NCBI GenBank assembly: GCA_046758765.1
Contig: JBHIAW010000001.1
Span: 13,557-77,556, forward strand
Length of the DNA stretch: 64,000 nucleotides
Reading direction: 5' to 3'
Source of the DNA: a bacterium
GTDB lineage: Bacteria; Zhuqueibacterota; Zhuqueibacteria; Oceanimicrobiales; Oceanimicrobiaceae
A program made the translations under genes and the position numbers. The notes under the pieces were generated by a model. It ran no database searches. It was not told the DNA's origin and saw only the letters and a list, made by a program, of their open reading frames with translations. Below, in pieces: positions 49,117 through 58,711 of the stretch (its first letter is position 1; every line of letters starts with the position of its first letter).

Positions 49117-50574
49117 ATGGCAAATTTGAATCTGGCACAAAGACTCAGCTTACAGTTAAAGCAGTCGCCTCAACAGGTGCTACTCTCTTCTTTGCTGCAG
49201 CTTCCAATTCTAAGTTTAGAGCAAAAACTTAAGCTCGAATTAGAAATGAATCCACTTTTAGAAGTGGATGAGCAGTTAGAAATGGAATTGGAAGAGGAGA
49301 CCGAAGAAGAACAGGAGCCAGCTATGGAATTGGAAGCTAAAGAAGGCGAATCGGATGGGGAAGTGGAAGCCGAAAATGACACGATGGATGATTTCGAAAG
49401 TGAACAAGTAGATTGGGAAACTATCTTAAACGATGAAGATACTTATGATTTTCGAATACCGAAAGACCAGAGTGCGGAAGTATTTGAGCGACCAGAAGTT
49501 GCTCAGACCACATTGCCTGAACATCTCTTAAACCAGCTCCATGTAACCAACTTATCACAAGAGCAGATGGTAATTGGTGAATATATTATATGGAATATTA
49601 ATGAGGATGGATACTTAACTTATCCGTTGGAGCAAATTGCAGAAAATTTAGAAGTGAGCATCGACGAAGTTGAAAAAGTGTTGAAAGTGATTCAACAGTT
49701 TGATCCGGTGGGAATTGGGGCGCGAACTCTGCAAGAGTGCTTATTGATACAACTATTGGAGAAAGGTCCTAAGAACACCATTACTATTACTATTCTTCGA
49801 GACCACTTTGATGATTTCACTAATAAGCGGTTTGAAAAGATCGCTAAAAAAATGGACATTACTTTAGATGATATCCGTAAGGCCAATGAAGAGATAACCA
49901 AATTGAACCCCAAACCCGGCGAAGGCTATGTTCTTTTCCAGCACAATGTAATCGTACCGGACTTGATCGTGGAAAAAGACAACGGCGATTTCAGAATCAG
50001 CATGAATGATTGGAATATTCCGCATCTCAGAATTAATAATTCATATAAAAAGCTATTACTTGACAAAAAAAATACACCAAAGGAAACAAGAGACTACATC
50101 CGTCAAAGTTTAGAATCGGCGCGCTGGCTGATTAATTCCATTCATCAAAGACGGGCCACAATTTTAAGGGTCATGGAAGCTATAATTGACAGGCAGCGAG
50201 AGTTTTTTGAAAAAGGCAAAGACTATTTAAGGCCAATGATTCTAAAAGATATCGCCGATGAAATTGGAATGGATATATCTACAATAAGCCGGGTCACCAA
50301 CGGAAAATATGTCCAGACCGAATGGGGCGTATTTGAATTAAAATACTTTTTTAGTGAAAGGATTAGAAGTGATGCTGGCGAAGATGTTTCAAACAAAACC
50401 ATAAAGTCCTTGATCAAAGAAATGATAGAGAACGAGAATCCAAATAAACCTTACAACGACCAGAAAATCGCAGAGCTGTTGAAAGAAAAAGGATTCAATG
50501 TGGCTCGACGGACGGTAGCAAAATATCGAGAACAGATGATGATCCCAGTGTCACGACTTAGAAGGAAAATTTAA
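49117..50574 (+). CDS. rpoN: RNA polymerase sigma-54 factor
   Basis: 485 aa; acidic region; C-terminal RpoN box ARRTVAKYREQ. Confidence 0.93.
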   Translation: MANLNLAQRLSLQLKQSPQQVLLSSLLQLPILSLEQKLKLELEMNPLLEVDEQLEMELEEETEEEQEPAMELEAKEGESDGEVEAENDTMDDFESEQVDWETILNDEDTYDFRIPKDQSAEVFERPEVAQTTLPEHLLNQLHVTNLSQEQMVIGEYIIWNINEDGYLTYPLEQIAENLEVSIDEVEKVLKVIQQFDPVGIGARTLQECLLIQLLEKGPKNTITITILRDHFDDFTNKRFEKIAKKMDITLDDIRKANEEITKLNPKPGEGYVLFQHNVIVPDLIVEKDNGDFRISMNDWNIPHLRINNSYKKLLLDKKNTPKETRDYIRQSLESARWLINSIHQRRATILRVMEAIIDRQREFFEKGKDYLRPMILKDIADEIGMDISTISRVTNGKYVQTEWGVFELKYFFSERIRSDAGEDVSNKTIKSLIKEMIENENPNKPYNDQKIAELLKEKGFNVARRTVAKYREQMMIPVSRLRRKI

Positions 50575-50594
50575 TTATTCTTGTATGATTTCAA

Positions 50595-51128
50595 ATGCAG
50601 ATGGTTAAAAGTACAACTATTTTAGGCGTTCATCATAAGGGCAAAGGAGCGTTGGGAGGCGACGGTCAGGTCACCTTTGGGGATTCCATTTTAAAAACAA
50701 AGGCTAAAAAAGTACGAAAAATGTACAAAGATACAGTTTTAACCGGCTTCGCAGGCGCCTCTGCTGATGCATTCACCCTTTTCGAAAAATTTGAACAGCG
50801 TCTTGAACAATATGGAGGTAATTTAAATCGGGCGGCCGTAGAGTTGGCCAAAGAATGGCGCACCGATAGATTTCTCAGGCGGCTTGAGGCCCAGCTTATT
50901 GTTATGGATAAAGAAAATATGTTCTTGATTTCTGGCACCGGCGATGTGATTGAGCCTGACGACCACATAATTGCCATTGGCTCTGGGGGGAGCTTTGCCA
51001 TGGCCGCCGCCCGTGCGTTAATGAATCATTCAAATTTAGATGCAAGGTCCATCGTTGTAGAATCTTTGAAAATTGCTGCGAAAATTTGCATTTATACAAA
51101 TTCAGAACTGATCACAGAAGAATTATGA
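50595..51128 (+). CDS. hslV: ATP-dependent protease subunit HslV (with short N-terminal propeptide before TT)
   Basis: [10 protein letters not shown]...GGDGQVTFG; GSGG motif. Confidence 0.9.
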   Translation: MQMVKSTTILGVHHKGKGALGGDGQVTFGDSILKTKAKKVRKMYKDTVLTGFAGASADAFTLFEKFEQRLEQYGGNLNRAAVELAKEWRTDRFLRRLEAQLIVMDKENMFLISGTGDVIEPDDHIIAIGSGGSFAMAAARALMNHSNLDARSIVVESLKIAAKICIYTNSELITEEL

Positions 51129-51142
51129 ATGGGGTGTATTAG

Positions 51143-52507
51143 ATGCCGGATATAAAGGAATTTAAGCCTACACAGATTGTCGAAGAATTAGATAAATACA
51201 TAATCGGCCAGGATAAAGCTAAAAAATCGGTTGCCATTGCTCTTAGAAATCGTTGGCGTCGAATGCAGGTCTCTGAAGATTTGCGGGAAGAAATCATGCC
51301 CAATAACATAATTTTGATTGGGCCGACTGGCGTGGGTAAAACCGAGATTGCCCGAAGATTAGCTCGGCTTGCGAATGCCCCCTTTATAAAAGTAGAAGCT
51401 TCAAAATTCACAGAAGTAGGTTACGTCGGACGGGATGTGGAATCCATCATCCGCGATCTCACCGATTTGGCTGTCTCCATGGTTCGAGCTCAAAAGACTG
51501 CTGAAATTCAACATTTGGCTGAAAAGCATGCCGAGGAACGATTGTTGGATGTCTTGTTGCCTCCCTCTAAGTCCCAAAAGCAACTTGGTTTTGAGGACTC
51601 TGAGGAACTTGACATTGAAGAACGTCACAGAAGAACTCGTGAAAAATTAAAAAAGCAATTGCTGAGCGGTGAGTTAGAAGACCGAATGATAGAATTAGAT
51701 GTGAAAAGTGAGCAATTCCCATTGATGCAAATCATCTCGCCCATGGGCGTTGAGGAGATGGGGCTAAACCTGCAAGACCTTTTTGGTGGGATGATGCCCA
51801 AAAAGACTAAACGGCGTAAAATGAAAGTCCACGAGGCCCGTAATTACCTCACTCAAGAAGAAGCCCAAAAGTTGATTGATATGGAACAGGTGGTTCAAGA
51901 AGCCATCCAACGGGTAGAAAATTCGGGCATTGTATTCTTGGATGAAATTGATAAAATTGCAGGCGAAAACAGTAAATCTGGACCCGACGTCTCAAGAGAG
52001 GGAGTACAAAGAGATTTGTTACCAGTGGTAGAAGGAACCAGTGTCTTTACCAAATATGGCATGGTCAAAACTGACCATATTCTCTTTATCGCTTCTGGCG
52101 CTTTTCATGTCTCAAAACCTTCCGATCTAATACCAGAACTACAAGGTCGTTTCCCTATTCGGGTAGAACTGAAAAGTCTGACGGCTGATGATTTTGTTAG
52201 AATTCTGACCGAACCGGAAAACGCTTTAATTAAACAATATAAGGCTCTCTTAAAAACCGAAGGCGTGGATTTAATATTTACACCGGATGCTATTCGTGAA
52301 ATTGCTGACATAGCAAGTCAGGTGAATGACCGAACAGAAAATATCGGTGCCAGACGACTCCACACGGTGTTAACTGCCCTCTTAGAAGATGTTTTGTTTA
52401 AAGTTCCTGATCTAAAAGTCAAGGAGATAGAAATCACCCAAGAAAGAGTTCGAGGCACTCTTAAAGAAATTATCGAAGATGTGGATTTGAGTCGGTACAT
52501 TTTATGA
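51143..52507 (+). CDS. hslU: ATP-dependent protease ATPase subunit HslU
   Basis: [21 protein letters not shown]; Walker A GPTGVGKT. Confidence 0.95.
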   Translation: MPDIKEFKPTQIVEELDKYIIGQDKAKKSVAIALRNRWRRMQVSEDLREEIMPNNIILIGPTGVGKTEIARRLARLANAPFIKVEASKFTEVGYVGRDVESIIRDLTDLAVSMVRAQKTAEIQHLAEKHAEERLLDVLLPPSKSQKQLGFEDSEELDIEERHRRTREKLKKQLLSGELEDRMIELDVKSEQFPLMQIISPMGVEEMGLNLQDLFGGMMPKKTKRRKMKVHEARNYLTQEEAQKLIDMEQVVQEAIQRVENSGIVFLDEIDKIAGENSKSGPDVSREGVQRDLLPVVEGTSVFTKYGMVKTDHILFIASGAFHVSKPSDLIPELQGRFPIRVELKSLTADDFVRILTEPENALIKQYKALLKTEGVDLIFTPDAIREIADIASQVNDRTENIGARRLHTVLTALLEDVLFKVPDLKVKEIEITQERVRGTLKEIIEDVDLSRYIL

Positions 52508-52905
52508 TAAACTAGAAGTCCGCCCGAAAAACACCAACATACTTAACCTGCCTCGAATTTCCTATTAATGTATTTGATAACGAAGTTCGGGGTCTGGCCC
52601 GATATTCATATTCATATTATTGAAGGATCACCTGATAACGAATCATCAGGCGAATAGATGTCAAAATGACTGAAGGCATCAATGTTAGTCCCATTTAACG
52701 GGACTTCCATGTTTTAGCTGCTGAATTTATTCGACAGTGAAACTTAGCCAGGTACGGTATCCTTTGAAGAAAGACAAAGAATTAAGTGCAGATTCGTCGT
52801 ATTCTTATTTCAATTTGTGTTCCGTGAGATTAAAATAGATTGTCATCAATGCGGAAGAGTGAGTCTGATTTTATCAGGATTTTTCACGAAAGGAAATGAA
52901 GCGCA

Positions 52906-55023
52906 ATGCTCAACCAGACTATCTCCCACTACAAAATTCTCGAAAAGCTTGGCGAGGGCGGCATGGGCGTTGTCTACAAAGCCAAGGACACTAGACTCAA
53001 ACGCGAGGTTGCAATCAAATTTCTACCGGGCCAAATTGCGTCACATAGTGAAGAACGAGAACGTTTCAAAATCGAAGCGCAAGCTGCCGCAGCCCTCAAT
53101 CACCCGAACATTTCTACAATACATGCGATTGAGGAAGTTGACGATGAGGTGTTCATCGTGATGGAATACATTGACGGGCAGGAATTGAAAGAGAAAATCG
53201 AGGCTGGGTCGGTCCCTGTGGATGAAGCATTGGACATTGCATTGCAGATTGCAAAAGGACTGCAGGCAGCGCATAAGAAAGGCATCGTCCATCGCGATAT
53301 TAAGAGTGCCAATATCATGCTTACGGAAAGTGGGCAAGTTAAGATCATGGATTTTGGTCTCGCCAAAGTTAGGGGCATTGCGAAGGTCACCAAAGTGGGC
53401 ACAACCCTAGGGACGGCTGCTTACATGTCCCCTGAACAAGCGCGTGGGGAAGAGGTGGATCATCGTACGGACCTTTGGTCTTTGGGTGTGGTCCTGTACG
53501 AGATGCTCAGCGGACACTTGCCTTTCGAGGGGGATTACCAGCAGGCAGTGCTATATTCCATCATGAATGAAGACCCAGAGCCGATCACAAGAATTAGAAC
53601 AGACGTGACGGCAGAGTTGGAGCAGGTCATGCTGAAAATGCTTGAAAAGGATCGCGATCTTAGACATTACAGTGTGGAGGAGTTCTTGAAGAGTCTACAA
53701 GATGTTCGAGGCAAAATTGAGGGGACGGAATATGAAGAGAAAGCAAAAGTAATTGCGGTCCTACCTTTCGAAAATATTAGTCCGGATAAGGAGACCGATT
53801 ATTTCGCTGACGGGCTCGCAGAAGAGCTTATCATAAATTTATCAAGGCTCAAAGATGTCAGTGTTGTCGCTCGGACCACCTCAATGCAGTACAAAGACAC
53901 AAAAAAGGACATCAAAACCATCGGAAGGGAACTTGCGGCACGCTATATCATGGAAGGGAGTGTGAGAAAATTTCAGGATAACCTGCGCATTTCTGTGCAG
54001 CTCATTGATGTTGCTAGAGGCACACAGCTTTGGGCTGAGACCTACAAGGGAAAACTGGCAGATGTGTTTGATATCCAGGAAGAGGTGTCAAGACAAATCG
54101 TGGATGCGCTCATGCTAAAACTGACGCCCAAGGAGAAGGTTGTGCTGGAGAAACGCGCGACATTGAATCATGAAGCGTTTGACTTTTATCTGCGGGCAAG
54201 AGATTTTCTGTATCGTCTCACGAAGAACAACGTCCAAATTGGCATACAACTTTTCCAGAAGGCAATTGAGCTTGATCCACGCTATGCCGGTGCCTACGCT
54301 GGCTTAGGGGAAGCATATGCCACACTCTATCTATATTTTGACAAGAAGGGGGACTGGTTGGATAAATCTATTGAGTCAAGCTTGAAAGCCCTGATGTATG
54401 ATGCCACATTGGCTGAAGCTTATGCCGCTCTGAGCCTTTCCTACTATAACAAAGATTCACTTGATGAAGCGCTTGAAGCGAGTAAGAAAGCCATCGAGCT
54501 TGACCCCAACAGTTTTATCGGCTATTGGATACTGGGGAGAATTTATCATACCACGGACCGCGATAGAGAAGCTGTTGATCTGTTCAAAAAGGTTGTTGCA
54601 TTGAATCCTGACTTTTATTCAGCATATTCGGACCTGCGTCTAGTTTATGAACGGTTGGGTGAGAAGGAAAAACATAATGAAACATTACAAACCCAGCTTA
54701 AAGTCTATCCTCGATATTTGTTGCAACATCCGGATGACGCGCGGGCGCATATGTTCTTTGCCGTCAATTTAGCACAAGTGGGAAAAACTGAAGACGCAAA
54801 AAGTGAGGCAGCCAAGGCGTTGGAGTTAAATCCCACTGATCCCCTCATGCTGTATAATGCTGCCCGTTTCTATGCTCAAGTGGGAGAGAAGCATCTCGCG
54901 GTAGATTCGCTGAAAAATTCAGTAGCTGCCGGGTTTCTGGAGTATGAATGGGTGAAACGGGATCCCGATCTCGACGGCATCCGTAATGAGCCGGGGTATA
55001 TCAAATTAATGAAGGGAAAGTAA
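52906..55023 (+). CDS. Hanks-type Ser/Thr protein kinase fused to TolB-N-like region and C-terminal TPR repeats
   Basis: GEGGMGVVYKAKD, HRDIKSANIML, DFGLAK; then AVLPFENIS...DYFADGLAEELI region; then TPR-like repeats. No obvious TM segment. Confidence 0.85.
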   Translation: MLNQTISHYKILEKLGEGGMGVVYKAKDTRLKREVAIKFLPGQIASHSEERERFKIEAQAAAALNHPNISTIHAIEEVDDEVFIVMEYIDGQELKEKIEAGSVPVDEALDIALQIAKGLQAAHKKGIVHRDIKSANIMLTESGQVKIMDFGLAKVRGIAKVTKVGTTLGTAAYMSPEQARGEEVDHRTDLWSLGVVLYEMLSGHLPFEGDYQQAVLYSIMNEDPEPITRIRTDVTAELEQVMLKMLEKDRDLRHYSVEEFLKSLQDVRGKIEGTEYEEKAKVIAVLPFENISPDKETDYFADGLAEELIINLSRLKDVSVVARTTSMQYKDTKKDIKTIGRELAARYIMEGSVRKFQDNLRISVQLIDVARGTQLWAETYKGKLADVFDIQEEVSRQIVDALMLKLTPKEKVVLEKRATLNHEAFDFYLRARDFLYRLTKNNVQIGIQLFQKAIELDPRYAGAYAGLGEAYATLYLYFDKKGDWLDKSIESSLKALMYDATLAEAYAALSLSYYNKDSLDEALEASKKAIELDPNSFIGYWILGRIYHTTDRDREAVDLFKKVVALNPDFYSAYSDLRLVYERLGEKEKHNETLQTQLKVYPRYLLQHPDDARAHMFFAVNLAQVGKTEDAKSEAAKALELNPTDPLMLYNAARFYAQVGEKHLAVDSLKNSVAAGFLEYEWVKRDPDLDGIRNEPGYIKLMKGK

Positions 55024-55124
55024 AAGGTACGAAAACCTGCGGAAGGTTCAAACTAACCTTTGCAAGTGATCTCAGAAAAGTAGTAAAATACCTTGAAAAA
55101 CAGCTCTATTTTGGAGTCATAGAT

Positions 55125-56036
55125 TTGAATAAGCATTTTCTTTCAATCGCGGATTTGTCTAAAGAAGAAATCACAGAAATGTTTGACCTAGCCGCAGAAT
55201 TAAAAGCCAAACAGAAAAGGGGTGAACACCACAGGCTTCTGGAAGGCAAAACTTTGGCGATGATTTTTCAGAAGCCATCGGCGCGTACCCGCGTATCATT
55301 TGAAGTCGGGATGTTTCAACTCGGAGGCCATGCACTTTATTTGGGGCCTAATGATATTCAACTCGGAAAGCGGGAATCCATTGGCGATATGGCTCAAACG
55401 CTTTCTCGTTATGTGGATATTATCATGGCAAGATTATTTGGCCATGAGGGCATTCTGGAATTAGCAAGACACGCCTCGGTACCCGTCGTAAATGGACTCA
55501 CCGATTTACTGCACCCCTGTCAGGTATTAGCAGATGCATTTACGATACTTGAAAAAAGAGGAACTCTGTCAAATCTCACAGTAGCCTATGTCGGCGATGG
55601 TAATAATGTGGCTAATTCATGGCTAAATCTGGCATCGAAGATTCCCATAACGTTGCATTTCGGCATACCGCAAGGCTATGATCCTGACGAGCAAATTTTG
55701 GGAAGGGCTAAGCAGAACCAAGAAAGTGATATTCAAATCTTTAGGGAGCCAATCGAAGCCGTTAAGGCAGCAGATGTGATTTACACAGATGTTTGGGCCA
55801 GTATGGGGCAAGAAGCCGAACTAAAAAAAAGAAAAAAAGTATTTGCGAACTTTCAGGTGAATGAAGAGTTGGTGAAACAAGCTAACCCAAACTGCATGAT
55901 TATGCACTGTTTGCCTGCTCATCGAGGAGAAGAAATCACCAATGAAGTAATAGATGGCTCCCATTCCATTGTATTTGATGAAGCAGAAAACAGGCTTCAT
56001 GTTCAAAAGGCAATCATGGTAAGATTATTAACATGA
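55125..56036 (+). CDS. argF: Ornithine carbamoyltransferase-family enzyme (TTG start)
   Basis: SARTR carbamoyl-phosphate motif, HPCQ, DVWASMG and HCLPAHRGEE ornithine-binding motifs. Confidence 0.8.
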   Translation: MNKHFLSIADLSKEEITEMFDLAAELKAKQKRGEHHRLLEGKTLAMIFQKPSARTRVSFEVGMFQLGGHALYLGPNDIQLGKRESIGDMAQTLSRYVDIIMARLFGHEGILELARHASVPVVNGLTDLLHPCQVLADAFTILEKRGTLSNLTVAYVGDGNNVANSWLNLASKIPITLHFGIPQGYDPDEQILGRAKQNQESDIQIFREPIEAVKAADVIYTDVWASMGQEAELKKRKKVFANFQVNEELVKQANPNCMIMHCLPAHRGEEITNEVIDGSHSIVFDEAENRLHVQKAIMVRLLT

Positions 56037-57043
56037 TCAAAAGAGAAATTGCGTTTCGGGACCTCAAGGAGGAGCAGAGTTTAACCATCCAAAAGTTTAC
56101 AGAAGACCTTGCGGAAGATTGGGATAACTTTGTGTGGGATTCCAATAATGGAACGATGTTTCATACACGAAGATTTTTGAATTACCATCCTCAAGGTCGT
56201 TTTCAAGACTGTTCTTTGATCTTTAAGAGAAGGCAGAGATGGCTGGCGGTTCTTCCGGCGGCTGTCATCCATGTTGATGGGAAAAAAATATTATCTTCAC
56301 ATGCTGGCGCTTCATTTGCGGGGCCGGTGTTCAAATCTGACTTATCTTTCCTCAATACCTTTCGACTCGTTGAGGCTTTGGTCGAATTTGCCAAAGGAGA
56401 AGCATTCACACAGATAGTATTGACTTTACCACCGCAAATTTACCATTTGAGGCCCAGCAATTATCTGGATTTTGCTCTTTTGGAATCTGGATTTACTTAT
56501 CTTAAACGAGAAGTTTCTAGTGTCATCCCTTTGGATTTTGCTGAGGAAGACACCTTAATGATTTTCAGTCCGGAATCACGCAGAGCGGTTCGCAAAGCTC
56601 AAAAATTAGCGGTTCAAGGTACCGAGTCTGAAGATTTTGAAACGTTTTATGCCATACTCAAAAAAAATCTAAAATTGCGACATAATGTACAGCCAGTTCA
56701 TTCATTGGATGAATTGCTGCTTTTAAGGAATATCTTCCCCGACCGAATTAAGTTGTTCGCAGCAACAATTGCAGGCCAAATGATTGCTGGAATTGTAGTT
56801 TTTGTGTGCAATGAAAAAGTGGCTTTGGCGTTCTACGTAAGCCACAACGAACAGATGCAGAAATACCGCGGGGTTAATTACCTATTTTATCATGTGATTC
56901 GTTGGGCCATCCGACACCGTCTGCAATTTCTTGATTTTGGAATTTTTACCGTCAACATGAAACCTAATTGGGGACTGGCTCGATTCAAGGAAAGTTTTGG
57001 CGCCCAGGGGATTTTTCGCGAAACCTTGGTTAGAAATCTTTAG
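56033..57043 (+). CDS. FemAB/CelD-like GNAT-fold (Acetyltransf_6-like) protein, translationally coupled to argF (ATGA overlap)
   Basis: C-terminal pattern ...IAGIVVFVCNEKVALAFYVSH...GVNYLFYHVIRWAIRHRLQFLDFG and SSHAGASFAGP resemble FemAB-like GNAT domains, judged by memory of the family only. Confidence 0.4.
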   Translation: MIKREIAFRDLKEEQSLTIQKFTEDLAEDWDNFVWDSNNGTMFHTRRFLNYHPQGRFQDCSLIFKRRQRWLAVLPAAVIHVDGKKILSSHAGASFAGPVFKSDLSFLNTFRLVEALVEFAKGEAFTQIVLTLPPQIYHLRPSNYLDFALLESGFTYLKREVSSVIPLDFAEEDTLMIFSPESRRAVRKAQKLAVQGTESEDFETFYAILKKNLKLRHNVQPVHSLDELLLLRNIFPDRIKLFAATIAGQMIAGIVVFVCNEKVALAFYVSHNEQMQKYRGVNYLFYHVIRWAIRHRLQFLDFGIFTVNMKPNWGLARFKESFGAQGIFRETLVRNL

Positions 57044-57050
57044 TCTTAAC

Positions 57051-58151
57051 ATGGGTTTGAAGATCTTACACATCGCCCCATTCAATACGGCTGGTGTACC
57101 CATCACATTTGTAAAGGCAGAAAGAAGATTGGGACATCACAGCCGGCTGATTACTCTGAGTAAAGACCCTCGAGATTACCAGGAGGACTTATGCCTTGAT
57201 TTGCCCTTTTTAAATTCTTGGGGCACCCGACTGGCAAAAAAACTGGTTTCCCATCCCAGCAAACTGAATATCACCAATGAAAAGAATACACCTGATGAAA
57301 CTCCCTTAGCCTGGCATCCAAATAATCTCGCAGAAAAATGTTTGATAAGTTTGCGGGAATGGCTTTGGAGGAAAAGAATTGATGCGTTATTTGAGGAAAT
57401 TGATTTCTGGAATTTTGATGTGTACCAATTGGACGGAGGATTAGAGTTTTTTAGGAACGGACGCACGGTACAGCGGCTTAAAGCATTGGGCAAAAAAATA
57501 ATTTGCTGCTACACAGGTAGTGATTTGCGGACTCGGGGTGTCATCCCTATTATTGATTCCTTGAGTGACCTGAACATCACTTTGGAATATGATCACTTAA
57601 GACTTCATCCGAACATCGAACATGTCTTTTTTCCATTTGATGTGACCAGTTATGATATAAGACCAGAACCAGAATCAAACACAATTACTATTGGCCATGC
57701 GCCGACAAATAGACAAGCAAAAGGCAGTCAAAAAATAATAGCGGCCGTAAAAGATTTGGAATCGGTGTATCCGGTCGAATTAAAGTTAATTGAAAATCTC
57801 ACCCACAAAGAGGCGTTGCGGGAAAAGTCCCGCTGCCACATTTTTGTTGATCAAGTGGGTGATTTAGGATATGGCATAAACTCGTTAGAAGCCTTAGCAA
57901 TGGGGATTCCAACCTGTTCATGTCTGGCACCCGGCTTTGCAGAGAAATACCCCAACCATCCTTTTGTGGTGATTGATGAAAAAAATATTAAACATCAATT
58001 AATTGAGTTAATCCAAAATAAGGAGTTGAGACAAAAAAAGGGACTGCAAGGCAGAAAGTGGGTAAAACAACACCATGACAGTGTGAAAGTGGTGCAGCGT
58101 ATTCATCATTTGGCTGATATTCTGCCAATTACTCAGCAAACTGTAAGTTAA
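57051..58151 (+). CDS. GT-B fold glycosyltransferase (GT4-like); ATG 57051 preferred over overlapping track start 56997
   Basis: MGLKILHIAPF N-terminus and C-terminal E...ALAMGIPT motif. Confidence 0.5.
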   Translation: MGLKILHIAPFNTAGVPITFVKAERRLGHHSRLITLSKDPRDYQEDLCLDLPFLNSWGTRLAKKLVSHPSKLNITNEKNTPDETPLAWHPNNLAEKCLISLREWLWRKRIDALFEEIDFWNFDVYQLDGGLEFFRNGRTVQRLKALGKKIICCYTGSDLRTRGVIPIIDSLSDLNITLEYDHLRLHPNIEHVFFPFDVTSYDIRPEPESNTITIGHAPTNRQAKGSQKIIAAVKDLESVYPVELKLIENLTHKEALREKSRCHIFVDQVGDLGYGINSLEALAMGIPTCSCLAPGFAEKYPNHPFVVIDEKNIKHQLIELIQNKELRQKKGLQGRKWVKQHHDSVKVVQRIHHLADILPITQQTVS

Positions 58152-58304
58152 CTAGTGTGCGAACGAAAACATAATTTTTTGCTGTCATTGCGAGCGCTTC
58201 TTAGCGAAGCAATCTCCATCTTAGCCACCGCAGGAGATTGCTTCGGCAAAAAACGCCTCGCAATGACAGATATCATCAATAGTTTTCGTTCAATGACTAA
58301 CTAG
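58149..58304 (+). repeat. MITE-like repeat family B, copy B1
   Basis: Nested inverted repeats: aactagtg...gaacgaaaac ... tgtcattgcgagcg ... cgaagcaatctcc ... ggagattgcttcg ... cgcctcgcaatgaca ... gttttcgttc...ctag. Confidence 0.8.
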
Positions 58305-58313
58305 GTTACGAGA

Positions 58314-58487
58314 ATGGAACAACTTACCATTTCTTTACGTGAAGCAATGGCAGCCGAATTAAAAGATGCTGCTGAGAAAATCATGACAAAAAGAAATCAC
58401 ACAGAGTTAGTTCATGAGGGACAATATGTCGCAGAAGTTGATGTCGTGAGCACCCAAACCCTGACAGGGTTAACGGGCCATGAATAA
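58314..58487 (+). CDS. Small ORF (57 aa) with ribbon-helix-helix-like pattern; possibly an orphan antitoxin-like or spurious ORF
   Basis: MEQLTISLREAMAAELKDAAEKIMTKRNHTELVHEG: beta-strand LTISL then two predicted helices. Not in the ORF track (below 60 aa). Confidence 0.25.
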   Translation: MEQLTISLREAMAAELKDAAEKIMTKRNHTELVHEGQYVAEVDVVSTQTLTGLTGHE

Positions 58488-58711
58488 TCGCGATCGCGCT
58501 CTCAATCTTTGGTGGGTGAAGCCGGGAGGAACGGTCTTCACGTGATAAGTAGCTCTGATGATGATCACATTCACGGGGAAAGGGCTGCCAGACAATCCAA
58601 ACACAACATACGAACCTTCATCTTAGGGAGTTAGCAAATTATGTCAAATATTAGCCAAAAATAACATTGATTTGTAATTGAACAGACAACCAGGAGGGAT
58701 GAGTAGAAGCC

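Noticed and set aside
52508-52905. 400-bp hslU-kinase spacer with a 6-bp stem hairpin (agtccc...gggact at ~52688-52706) and two tgataacgaa repeats
   Set aside because: Short, low-information motifs; no TIR/TSD or similarity to families A/B/C. Most likely just promoter/UTR sequence for the kinase gene.
52817-53161. 114-aa ORF overlapping the start of the Ser/Thr kinase gene in another frame
   Set aside because: Overlaps the conserved kinase N-terminus; Cys/Arg-rich low-complexity translation; no RBS.
56997-57050. Long start for the GT4-like gene overlapping the FemAB-like gene by 47 nt
   Set aside because: ATG 57051 (MGLKILHIAPF) matches the conserved GT4 N-terminus and avoids the overlap.
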